Assembly (NCBI RefSeq): GCF_000015145.1
Contig: NC_008818.1
Coordinates: 1,110,001-1,142,000 of the forward strand
DNA length: 32,000 nt
Origin: Hyperthermus butylicus DSM 5456
GTDB lineage: Archaea > Thermoproteota > Thermoprotei_A > Sulfolobales > Pyrodictiaceae
Direction: 5' to 3'
Position 1 is the first letter of the stretch; each line of letters starts with the position of its first letter. Shown here piece after piece: positions 19,567-27,725 of the stretch. The notes under the pieces were generated by a model. That model was not told the DNA's origin. It made no database searches and saw nothing but the letters and a program-made list of their open reading frames with translations. The position numbers were made by a program, and so were the translations under genes.

Positions 19567-20942
19567 CCACAGCCTCCACGAGTCTGTCTATGTCTCTACG
19601 GCTATGTGCCTCGGTTACGCAGAAAAGTGCAAGATGCTCATCGCTGTGGAATCCTCTAGCAGATAGGTCTAGGCCTCCCATGATGCCGCGTTCGAGTAGC
19701 TTGCTGTGGATCTCCCTGTAAGGTCTTGGGAACCTCACCGTAAACTCTTTGAAGAACTTGCCAGTGAAGGCGGGGGCCTCTACTCCGGATAGCTCGCCTA
19801 GCCTCTTAGCTGCATAGTGGCTTCTCAGCCATATACTCCTCGCCAGTTTTTGTAGCCCCTCGCCGCCGAGGAGTGTGAGGTACGCCGCAGCTGCAAGAGC
19901 CATTAGTGCCTCGTTGGTTGTTATGTTGGATGTTGCCTTCTCTCTGCGTATGTGCTGCTCCCTAGTCTGTAGTATCATCACAAACCCGTAATCCTCGCCA
20001 TCGAGTGTCCTTGTTAGCCCTATGAGCCTGCCTGGGAGCTGACGTACCAGCTGTCTATCCCATCTTACCGCGAATATGCCGAGATACGGGCCGCCGTAGT
20101 TTAGGCCTAAGCCCAGTGGCTGCCCATCACCAACAGCTATGTCTGCCCCATACCTTCCCGGAGGCTCGAGTATCCCGAGACTCAGCGGGTCCGAGCCCAC
20201 AATGAAGAGGGCTCCATGTCGATGTGCTATATCGGCTACAGTCTTTGCCTCCTCGACTATCCCGTAAAAAGTTGGGTGTCTCTATGTAAACTGCTGCCGT
20301 CTCAGCGTCTACAAGCTTCTCCAGCTCCTCCACACTTGTCGTTCCGGTCTCGCTGTCTACCGACACCTTAACAAGCCTGACATCCTTACCGATAAGCCAC
20401 GTCCTTATAGTCTCAAGTCTTTCTGGATGCACGGCGCCGCTCACAACTACTTTGCGGCGCCCTCTCTTGACTCGTAGTGCCATTAGAACTGCTTCTGCTG
20501 CAGCAGTGCTCCAGTCGTAGAGCGACGCATTAACTACATCCATCTCGTAGAGGTCTGCTATGAGACTCTGATACTCGAAGAATACCTGGAGAAGACCCTG
20601 ATTTATCTCAGGCTGATATGGAGTGTACGCTGTGTAGAACTCTGACCGTGATATAATAGCATTCACAGCTGCTGGGATTGTATGGAAGCACACACCACCC
20701 CCGAGGAATGGCGGTGGACTCGTATAGATGGTGTTTCTCTGCAATTTCTCCTCCATAATCCTCCGTATCTCCCACTCGGATAGAACTCTGCCAAATCCGA
20801 CTCTTGGCGGCTCCTTTAGGATGAGCTGGCTTGGCACATCACTATACAGCTCTAGGGGATCGCTAACACCTATACGCTTGAGCATCTCCTCCCTATCACG
20901 CCTATTGGCAGCTGGAGCCCATGGCAATACCAAGGGGGCCAA
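19547..20942 (-). pseudogene. gcvPA: Glycine dehydrogenase (decarboxylating) subunit 1, interrupted by an apparent single-nucleotide frameshift
   Basis: The N-terminal half (ORF 20127..20942) reads ...AAVYIETPNFL. The C-terminal half (ORF 19547..20200 and its upstream extension) reads ...IVEEAKTVADIAHRHGALFIVGSDPLSLGILEPPG. Removing one T from the TTTTT run (20266-20270, minus strand) restores ETPNFYGIVEEAKTV. Confidence 0.88.
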
Positions 20943-21036
20943 GCCTCCGATGTTTATAGCTACAGAATACCAGTATTAAGCCAATATTCTTCCAGACCTG
21001 CTACCCGGAGGGGCTGTGAGGAAAGTCATGCCTACT

Positions 21037-21105
21037 GATACGGTGATGCATTAACCCTGGGGTAGCTGAGCCCCACGACACATAGCACAACCTACATCAC
21101 CGATC
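21037..21105. repeat. Inverted repeat / stem-loop GATaCGGTGATG...CATCACCGATC enclosing TGGGG...CCCCA
   Basis: Arms at 21037-21048 and 21095-21105 pair over 11 bp with one bulge. Inner arms are at 21058-21062 and 21071-21075. Confidence 0.6.
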
Positions 21106-21169
21106 ATTATTGTTACAGCGAAGCGAAAGAACTAGTGTGAGTGTAGGAGTGGAAAGGCCCGCAGAATTA

Positions 21170-21276
21170 TGGAGCCGCCGCCGGGATTTGAACCCGGGAC
21201 CCCCGGCTCCCTCGGAACCCGCGGGACACCAGGCGGGCTTACGAGGCCGGTGCTCTGCCAGCTGAGCTACGGCGGC
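21170..21276 (-). tRNA. tRNA-Thr (anticodon CGT) with a 31-nt intron at canonical position 37/38 (intron 21209..21239) and encoded CCA
   Basis: Mature form is 73 nt. Acceptor GCCGCCG/CGGCGGC, D arm GCTCAGCTGGCAGAGC, anticodon arm CCGGC-CTCGTAA-GCCGG after intron removal, T arm CCGGGTTCAAATCCCGG, discriminator T, then CCA. Confidence 0.93.
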
Positions 21277-21349
21277 ACATGTTTTGCCGTGTTGTTATGG
21301 ATAAGCTTGTATCACCCCCTTATAATGATTTACTCTAGGTGGTTGGGCC

Positions 21350-21680
21350 GGTGATGTATCACGCAGGCCTAGCATAGCCCCATCCTCAGGGGGATGCTAT
21401 AGCCCGTCCAGGCTGAGGCCCCCAATGCCTCCATGTAGAGGAGAGCTTGCAGGGTCTCGGAAGGAGGGCTCAGCGCTCAGCCTTCTCCTCACAGCCTATA
21501 TACATGTGTCGCCGTAGGACGCCCTCCCCATCGACTGTCATGGCGTGTCGGTGAATCCGGGTTCCTGCTCATCCACGACACATGCTCGGCCCGGCTCTCC
21601 ACATCACCGCCCAAGACAAGTTACATGACGGGCTCTAGCTGGGGTGGAGCCCAGCCTAGCCTTATGCCAGTGTAGAGTAA
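21350..21680. ncRNA. Candidate structured RNA locus, strand and identity unresolved
   Basis: About 370 nt of non-ORF sequence between the tRNA and the DUF106 gene, with several paired segments: 21503-21511/21576-21584 (9 bp), 21630-21635/21647-21652 (6 bp), 21381-21385/21392-21396 (5 bp). Confidence 0.35.
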
Positions 21681-21731
21681 TATTAGGCGTTACTACTAGG
21701 GCGCTAGGGTGGCTAGTGAGGGTGTGCGGAC

Positions 21732-22463
21732 GTGCTCGACACCAGGTCTATGATGCTCGTTAGCCAGGTGTACTTCGTTATACTGGCGATGGTTCTGGCT
21801 ATTGCACCCCAATACTATATGCTAGTGTTCCTTATATACTTCGTAGCGATTATGGCATTTTCCATGTATACCTCGAAGAGAAGAATGAAGGGTGCAAGGA
21901 TACCACGGGAGGAGGTTGAAGCGGCAAGACAGCTATTTCGCGAGGATAACTCGTTCCAGATAGCTGTAGAGGATGAAGAGCTTGTTCGACAGCTTACCGG
22001 CCAAGCAAAGACTGCTATAATGACATTCCTCTTCCTTCCAATCTACATTACGATATTCGAACTGGTTCGACGAAACTATAGCTCGCTTATTTCAGCGCTA
22101 CAGGGAGCCGGGCTTAGCGAGACGCTGGCAGGCTTTGTCGTGTGGTTTGCAGCATTTGAGACAATGTTCCTTATCAGCATGGTGTCCCGGAGGGTTGTAA
22201 GGCAAGCCAAGCAACCCCCCATGGTGCCTAGGGGCTTTGTGGTGACTGAGAAGGGTATACTGCTGAAGGGCTCTATGGGTGGTGTTATTGGTTTCCCCCT
22301 GCCGGAGGGTACCGAGGTAAAGCTTGACGAGAAGAGAAACTGTGTTGAGATAGTGTTTCCTGGAGGGAGTAGGCTGAGGCTCTATACGAGGAAGGCTAGG
22401 AGGGTCTACGAGCTTATTCAGAGGCTTGGGCTTCGTGGAGCTAAAACGGGGGGTTCAGGCTAG
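21732..22463 (+). CDS. DUF106 / EMC3-TMCO1-like (YidC/Oxa1 superfamily) membrane protein
   Basis: TM-rich 243 aa, with an N-terminal TM, a charged coiled coil ([25 protein letters not shown]), a [33 protein letters not shown] arrangement, and a C-terminal beta-rich tail. GTG start. Confidence 0.8.
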   Translation: MLDTRSMMLVSQVYFVILAMVLAIAPQYYMLVFLIYFVAIMAFSMYTSKRRMKGARIPREEVEAARQLFREDNSFQIAVEDEELVRQLTGQAKTAIMTFLFLPIYITIFELVRRNYSSLISALQGAGLSETLAGFVVWFAAFETMFLISMVSRRVVRQAKQPPMVPRGFVVTEKGILLKGSMGGVIGFPLPEGTEVKLDEKRNCVEIVFPGGSRLRLYTRKARRVYELIQRLGLRGAKTGGSG

Positions 22464-23653
22464 ATTTTCTGCTCCAGTACCATTCTATATTCAGTTTCGT
22501 CTATGTCCTTCTTGCGCTCAAGGAGTTCGAGCAACTGCTCTACGCGTACTTTCTCTCGCTCCCACCCCTCCTTGCAACCCTTGCCGACACGGACGGGCTT
22601 GTCGAGCCTTGAGAGGAGGACCACCCTGCTTTCGATCTGCTGCGATACTATCCTATATCCGGTCATGTCTGCGAACTTCTTCGCAAACATGAATACCTCC
22701 AGATGCTTAGCCATATCGCTTGCCGAGAGTCTCTGCCGCGCAGCACCAACATGCATGTATGACTTGAACTCTATGTAGGTTGGCTGAGAGATCTCTACGA
22801 GTTTAGCCCAAGCCTTTAGTGCTTCATCATGCATGTTGAAACTCTTTACCAACGTGAACCTTATAACAGTCATACTTGAGAATGATGGTAGTAGCTCTAG
22901 CGTCTTGAGTGTCAACTCCCACCCCCTAGGAACCAGCGGCTTGTTGAAGTAGTTGAAGCTCTTCTTATCCCAGGCCTCGAGGCTCACATAGAGCTGTGTA
23001 GGCTCCTCCTCTAGATTAGCGAGAACATCCGGCCTTATTCCGCGAGTTACGAGGAACGTTGTTAGTCCTCTCTTGTGGTACTCCTTTATCAGCTCGCCTA
23101 GCCTCGGATAGAGTGTGGGTTCACCCGTCAGACTTATCGCTACATGGGCGGGGTTCATTGCTTCCTCGAGCCTCTTCTTCATTCGCTCATCCATTCGTGG
23201 GTGGCCACGGTAGCCCATGAGGGCTTCTCGGTGGGCCTCAATGCTGCCCTCGACTATTAGATCTGGGTCGTCAACCCACGGTATCTTTGTGTCATCCCAT
23301 CTCATGGTGTCGGTAGGCCTTAGCCTCCAGCAGTGCATGCAGGCATTCCAGCACCAGAGCGCCGATGGGCTCATCTGGATGCAACGGTGGCTCTCTATGC
23401 CGTAGAACCGGCACTTATAGCAGAACCTCTCCTCTACAAGCGCCGCGTGCGTCCAGTGACACTTCTTGTATACGCTATGCCTGCCTATAATGATGTAGCC
23501 TTGCTTCTGGAGTATCCGGTACAGTGTCCGGTAGGGCTCGGGAAAGTCCTCTATCCTGTACTTCCAGCGCTTACCCCTAACTGTCCTAGGCCTGAACTCT
23601 GCTAGCGTAGAGCTACTCATTACCCTGCCGGCCCTCGGAGTGATTAGCAGCAT
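22460..23653 (-). CDS. taw1: tRNA wybutosine biosynthesis radical SAM protein Taw1/TYW1 (4-demethylwyosine synthase)
   Basis: Radical SAM CxxxCxxC as CWNACMHCW, extra upstream Cys set (CHWT...[14 protein letters not shown]), [18 protein letters not shown], and [19 protein letters not shown]. Confidence 0.94.
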   Translation of the reverse strand: MLLITPRAGRVMSSSTLAEFRPRTVRGKRWKYRIEDFPEPYRTLYRILQKQGYIIIGRHSVYKKCHWTHAALVEERFCYKCRFYGIESHRCIQMSPSALWCWNACMHCWRLRPTDTMRWDDTKIPWVDDPDLIVEGSIEAHREALMGYRGHPRMDERMKKRLEEAMNPAHVAISLTGEPTLYPRLGELIKEYHKRGLTTFLVTRGIRPDVLANLEEEPTQLYVSLEAWDKKSFNYFNKPLVPRGWELTLKTLELLPSFSSMTVIRFTLVKSFNMHDEALKAWAKLVEISQPTYIEFKSYMHVGAARQRLSASDMAKHLEVFMFAKKFADMTGYRIVSQQIESRVVLLSRLDKPVRVGKGCKEGWEREKVRVEQLLELLERKKDIDETEYRMVLEQKI

Positions 23654-23724
23654 AGGCTAGTTAATAAGGTTTAAACAATACCCATAACCTACTTAGTGTC
23701 ACTCTACCTATTACATTAACGACG

Positions 23725-23945
23725 CGGGGATGTGGAGCACACCCTTAACCCGACGGGTGCAGCGGCCCGTGTGGGGAGAGTGGCCAGGGCCGAACCTCCA
23801 CACGTGTTCCTCAGCGCTCCGCTCATCTCCACACGCAGGGGATTTAGCTCGGCCCCAAAGATCCTCATCATTGGATATGCTGAGCTAACACCTAGCTGAG
23901 GCCAATGAGCAGCGTGATGAGTTCCCTGTGGGCTGAGGCCAGTCT
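23725..23945. ncRNA. Candidate structured RNA locus, strand and identity unresolved
   Basis: Intergenic, with nested complementarities: 23848-23855/23930-23937, 23864-23870/23915-23921, 23883-23887/23893-23897, 23731-23737/23827-23833, 23768-23774/23798-23804. Confidence 0.35.
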
Positions 23946-23959
23946 CTCCCTAAACATTC

Positions 23960-24340
23960 CTAAACATCAATACTACAACACGTATAGCCTTGCTCCTCTA
24001 ACACTCTCCAGTAGTCCTCTACGCTGGTGATGCGCCTCAATACTCCACCATCACTGCTAAGGGCTCCCTCGAGCCTTAGGAGCTTCTCCTTAAAACTGAG
24101 CCCTCTACTGTAACCTCCAAGCCCTCTAACACTCACTACGCGATGACACGGGACAACTATCAGGTCACGGTTTTGCCTCATGAACACCCCTATCGCTCTA
24201 GGCGACGTGCCGGCCAGTCTAGCCAGCACCGAGTACGTAACGGTATACCCCAGCGGCACAGCCGACAATAACACGTAGACTATGTCGCGAAGGCTACGGG
24301 GGTCCTTCCAGCTCACCCAGTCATCACCATACAAGAACAT
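23960..24340 (-). CDS. ogt: Methylated-DNA--protein-cysteine methyltransferase (Ogt/MGMT C-terminal domain)
   Basis: Active-site PCHRVV, preceding VPLGYTVTYSVLARLAGTSPRAIGVFMRQN, following GGYSRGLSFKEKLLRLEG. Confidence 0.9.
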   Translation of the reverse strand: MFLYGDDWVSWKDPRSLRDIVYVLLSAVPLGYTVTYSVLARLAGTSPRAIGVFMRQNRDLIVVPCHRVVSVRGLGGYSRGLSFKEKLLRLEGALSSDGGVLRRITSVEDYWRVLEEQGYTCCSIDV

Positions 24341-24521
24341 TCAGTCTGACGGGGAGGCCAGTCACCCCCACATATTATATATTAACTACTTACCGCCCGT
24401 GAATATAGCTATGCTAGCCATAGAAATCACCGATAAGCACACCTCTAAGCGAAACCCTAATAAGGGGCTAATATCACATGATAATGTTACGTCACGGAGC
24501 ACCTGGGTGGCGGGGTAGCAT

Positions 24522-24598
24522 AGCGGGGTAGGGTAGCCTGGTAGCCCGCGGGGCTCATAACCCCGAGGTCGGTGGTTCAAATCCACCCCCCGCTACCA
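24522..24598 (+). tRNA. Initiator tRNA-Met (CAT), intronless, CCA encoded
   Basis: AGCGGGGTAGGGTAGCCTGGTAGCCCGCGGGGCTCATAACCCCGAGGTCGGTGGTTCAAATCCACCCCCCGCTACCA. Shows A1:U72 and three consecutive G:C pairs (GGG/CCC) at the anticodon stem base, as expected for archaeal initiators. Confidence 0.95.
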
Positions 24599-24600
24599 CA

Positions 24601-24617
24601 GCCCGCAAGCCGCGGGC
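24601..24617 (+). terminator. GC-rich hairpin immediately 3' of initiator tRNA, followed by a pyrimidine-rich tract
   Basis: GCCCGC-AAGCC-GCGGGC perfect 6-bp stem, then ...CCTTCTCCGTCCTCTCCTCCT. Terminator or processing role is inferred only. Confidence 0.35.
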
Positions 24618-24801
24618 CCCCGCCGCCACTACCTTCTCCGTCCTCTCCTCCTAGCGGCTGCACCTCTCTACAGCTTCCGGGTTGTACACGGCCGTTATAC
24701 ATACCAACACGAGTGCATGATCTTGGTTAAGAGGTTTGGATACGTGCTAAGCCTTAACTGTAATACTACCCTTTACTGCTTCTAGCCTGGGTCGCTGTGC
24801 C

Positions 24802-25803
24802 GTGCAACAGAGTTTTGGCGTTACAGTAACGGATAGAGGCGCTATCATCCTTTCAAAAAGTATTAGTGTTGACGGCTACGCTGATGGTGCTATTGTTAGG
24901 GTCGTAACACATATTCATAGTGATCACTTGTTAGACCTGAGTCGTAGTATACGTTATGCCGAGTTTATCGCTGCAACACCACTTACACTAGATCTTCTTG
25001 GGGCGCTTGGACACCGAATACCTGAGCATAAGAAGCTACCCATGCCTATAGGTATGAAGGTCCAGGTCGACGATGGCGTGCTTAGGCTTGTTAGGGCCAG
25101 GCATATTCCTGGCTCTGCATCTGTGGTCTTTGAGTCTAGCGAGTTCTCAGCGGGATATACTGGTGACTTCAAACTGCCTGGTACAGATATACTCAGAGGC
25201 CTGGATGTGCTTGTCATAGATGCTACTTATGGGCTTCCAGAATGGGTTAGACCGTGGCAGGAGGAAATCGATTACTTGCTCGCCGATATTGTACTCGATG
25301 AACTGAGAAAGGGGAGCCCCGTCCACATCTACGCCTATAATGGAAAAATCGAGGAAGTTATGCTTCTGCTTCGCGAGATGGGAGTTGACGCACCCTACCT
25401 TGTAGGGGTGAGACACTACCGCGTACTTCGCGTTCTCGAGAAGCATGGCTACCGTATAGGCGATGTTGTTTTGGAAAGTTCAAGAGAGGGGTGGGAGGTT
25501 AAGCGTAGCCGATGGTATATCAGGTTTAGCCACTATAACGGATGGCGCCACAGTAACGGTAGGGATGCTGTACACATACTGCTTACAGGTTGGGAATTTA
25601 GCGAGCCGTACAAGAGGCTGAGCACAAATAGGCTTATTGTATCGTTTAGCGACCATGCCGATTTCAGCCAGCTAGTCGAATATGTTAAAGAAGCTAAGCC
25701 TAAGCTGTTACTTGTAGACTCGTACCGGGGCGGACGGGCTGCTAGAGTATTTGCACTCTATGTTTCAAGGAGGCTGAATATACCCGCTCTAGCTGTACCC
25801 TAA
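24802..25803 (+). CDS. MBL-fold exonuclease/RNA-processing-like protein
   Basis: THIHSDHLLDL metal motif, YTGDFKLPGTDILRGLDVLVIDATYG, and FSDHADFSQLVEYV beta-CASP/Snm1-like C-terminal motifs. Confidence 0.82.
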   Translation: MQQSFGVTVTDRGAIILSKSISVDGYADGAIVRVVTHIHSDHLLDLSRSIRYAEFIAATPLTLDLLGALGHRIPEHKKLPMPIGMKVQVDDGVLRLVRARHIPGSASVVFESSEFSAGYTGDFKLPGTDILRGLDVLVIDATYGLPEWVRPWQEEIDYLLADIVLDELRKGSPVHIYAYNGKIEEVMLLLREMGVDAPYLVGVRHYRVLRVLEKHGYRIGDVVLESSREGWEVKRSRWYIRFSHYNGWRHSNGRDAVHILLTGWEFSEPYKRLSTNRLIVSFSDHADFSQLVEYVKEAKPKLLLVDSYRGGRAARVFALYVSRRLNIPALAVP

Positions 25804-25820
25804 GGTGGCGGGGTTGGACT

Positions 25821-26108
25821 GTGTTGGGCGATGTTGATGTAAAGCATGTGGCCTGGCTTGCCCGTATACAGCTTAGCGACGAAGAGGTCGAGCTGTTCAA
25901 GAGACTCGTAAATAGCGCTATGAAGCTCATCAACAAACTTCTAGAAGCACCTGTAGAAGACGTAGAGCCCCTATACCATGCGCTTGATAAAGAAGGTTTG
26001 CTGCGCAGCGATAAGCCAAGCATACACCTTGACAGAGAAAGAGTCCTAGCCAATGCTGCAAAGAGCCAGGAAGGTTACATAGTTGCTCCTCGCACTGTTG
26101 AAGAGTAA
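25821..26108 (+). CDS. gatC: Asp-tRNA(Asn)/Glu-tRNA(Gln) amidotransferase subunit C-like
   Basis: VKHVAWLARIQLSDEEVELFKRLVNSAMKLINKLLEAPVEDVEPLYHAL...ANAAKSQEGYIVAPR matches the GatC pattern. GTG start. Confidence 0.82.
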   Translation: MLGDVDVKHVAWLARIQLSDEEVELFKRLVNSAMKLINKLLEAPVEDVEPLYHALDKEGLLRSDKPSIHLDRERVLANAAKSQEGYIVAPRTVEE

Positions 26109-26116
26109 GACGTTTT

Positions 26117-26974
26117 CTAAACCTTTAGCCCTAGCTTTTGGTAGTCCTTCACGCGCAGTTCGTTCACAAGTTCTGCAAGCTGGCGAGCCCTCCGCTCATC
26201 TACGGGGTTTAACGTTTTACCATTAAGTTTTATTGATGTTCCAACTATGAACCCATCTGCGACTCTCCAATAGGCCATAATGTTATCTATGCTTATGCCA
26301 CTTCCAATTATAATCGGCTTGTAGGGTACCATGGCCTTTATTGACGCCACATAGCCTGGGCTTGGTGGCTCGCCCGTTGCAGACCCAGATACGATTATGG
26401 CGTCAGGCCTGCCTCGTCTAGCACAGTCATGCAGGATTTGCTCTAGGCTAGCTGTTGCCAGTGGGGCTGAATGCTTAACATCAACATCTGCAAATACGAG
26501 TACAGGAGCTCTGAGCTCCTCGCGGATTCTTTCAATAATATATGCTGCTGGCGTTAGGATACCCTCCATCGATACTCGTAGCTCGCAATAGCTGTTCACT
26601 CGTATAAAACTAGCACCAGAAACTAGTGCTGCTTCTAGAGCTTGTGGGGCAGCATTGCGGAGAATGTTAATGCCTACTCGTAGCTTACCACTATAGGTTC
26701 TGGCTACTTCTGCTGCTATCCGCGCAATGGCTAACACGCTAAGGCTTGGCGCTGTTACTGTGTAAGGATGGTCACCATAGTTTTCAATTATAACCGCGTT
26801 AAATCCGGCGTCCGCTAACTTGCCAGCTTCCCATAAGGCGTAGTCTACTAGCCTGTCAATGTCTACGCGGTCCTTCACGTAACTCGGTGTTGGCGGTAAA
26901 TGTATCATACCTATGAGCGGCTTATAGCCCAGGAGAGGGATTACAAGCAGCTCAGCGCCATCCTCTTTCCTCAC
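26117..26974 (-). CDS. BtpA-family protein (TIM-barrel)
   Basis: PLIGMIHLPPTPSY, DAGFNAVIIENYGDHPY, RVGINILRNAAPQALEAALVSGASFIRVN, VFADVDVKHSAPL, and AIIVSGSATGEPPS. Confidence 0.93.
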   Translation of the reverse strand: MRKEDGAELLVIPLLGYKPLIGMIHLPPTPSYVKDRVDIDRLVDYALWEAGKLADAGFNAVIIENYGDHPYTVTAPSLSVLAIARIAAEVARTYSGKLRVGINILRNAAPQALEAALVSGASFIRVNSYCELRVSMEGILTPAAYIIERIREELRAPVLVFADVDVKHSAPLATASLEQILHDCARRGRPDAIIVSGSATGEPPSPGYVASIKAMVPYKPIIIGSGISIDNIMAYWRVADGFIVGTSIKLNGKTLNPVDERRARQLAELVNELRVKDYQKLGLKV

Positions 26975-27154
26975 GGTATCAGTCCTCGGCCTTTACTCAT
27001 CACTGCAGATTGTTCCGGATAGGGGTTAAGCATATGGGTGCTAGCCTAAAATCCTGCTTCCCTGATGGGTGTGGAGTCGCTGTCCCCGAAAGGACCGGCG
27101 TATGGGATGACGTAGCCTCCCCCTTTGCCGAAACAACTATTCCTAAGCAAGCGG

Positions 27155-27589
27155 CTATTTCTCACCGCGTAGTAATTCCTTGACTATGTTCTGTACTCTC
27201 TCTGTTAGCTTGGATTCCTGGGTTACGCCGAGTATGACATCTGCTACGTGACCGTTTACGAATATTATTGTTGTTGGTATATTGTCCACGGAATATCTAT
27301 CGGCTATGTCAGGAGCTTCGTCCGTGTCTAGGTATGCAAAGACTATGCCCTTTTCAGGGTCCGCGAGGCGGCGAGCTACCCGTTTGAATACAGGTGTATA
27401 GGCTTTGCAAGGGTTGCACCAGGGTGCCGAGAACTCTACGACTACAACCTTGTAATTTTTGAGGACTTCATCGAAGTTGTCCTTGTTTAGGTAAATTAGA
27501 GGGTCACCGAGTTCCTTGTCTAGCTCGTTAACCTTTTTCTCGATTAGGCTTCTCAGCTCTCTTACTATGTCGTTGCTCAATCCTACCAC
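27155..27589 (-). CDS. Thioredoxin-like protein with a WCNPC active site
   Basis: VVEFSAPWCNPCKAYTPVFKRVARRLAD...VDNIPTTIIFVNGHVADVILG; the thioredoxin fold, including the cis-Pro motif, is recognisable. Confidence 0.92.
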   Translation of the reverse strand: MVGLSNDIVRELRSLIEKKVNELDKELGDPLIYLNKDNFDEVLKNYKVVVVEFSAPWCNPCKAYTPVFKRVARRLADPEKGIVFAYLDTDEAPDIADRYSVDNIPTTIIFVNGHVADVILGVTQESKLTERVQNIVKELLRGEK

Positions 27590-27725
27590 CAGCCCTGCTT
27601 AATACCGCTGATTTGTAATGCCCTTAAATCGGTTTTAGCCAGGACAACTATAGCGCTTGTCTACCCGTGGCTTCCAGCTTATTTTCCAGCTACGCATAAC
27701 TGTCTACGTGGGGGTGCCTCTTCCC

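Noticed and set aside
21018-21027. GAGGAAAGTC as evidence for an RNase P RNA gene
   Set aside because: Only the CR-I-like decamer is present. No matching P4 3' strand/CR-V is seen downstream before the tRNA gene, so I did not annotate rnpB and kept it as a structural finding only.
21231-21246. GGGCTTACGAGG resembling RNase P CR-V (GGCUUAC)
   Set aside because: It is the reverse strand of the tRNA-Thr anticodon and intron junction, and it does not pair with the AAGUCAUGCC segment upstream.
21169-21354. 61-aa plus ORF MEPPPGFEPGTPGSLG...
   Set aside because: Antisense translation of the tRNA-Thr gene and its intron.
21350-21680. SRP RNA assignment for the structured region
   Set aside because: The size and a TGTAAC on the minus strand are suggestive, but the diagnostic helix-8 motif is not found and the Alu-domain spacing is wrong. 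Left unassigned.
24386-24586. 66-aa minus ORF beginning MDLNHRPRGYEPRG
   Set aside because: It is the antisense translation of the initiator tRNA-Met gene, a classic spurious ORF.
25147-25446. 99-aa minus ORF
   Set aside because: Opposite the well-supported MBL-fold protein, with no independent evidence.
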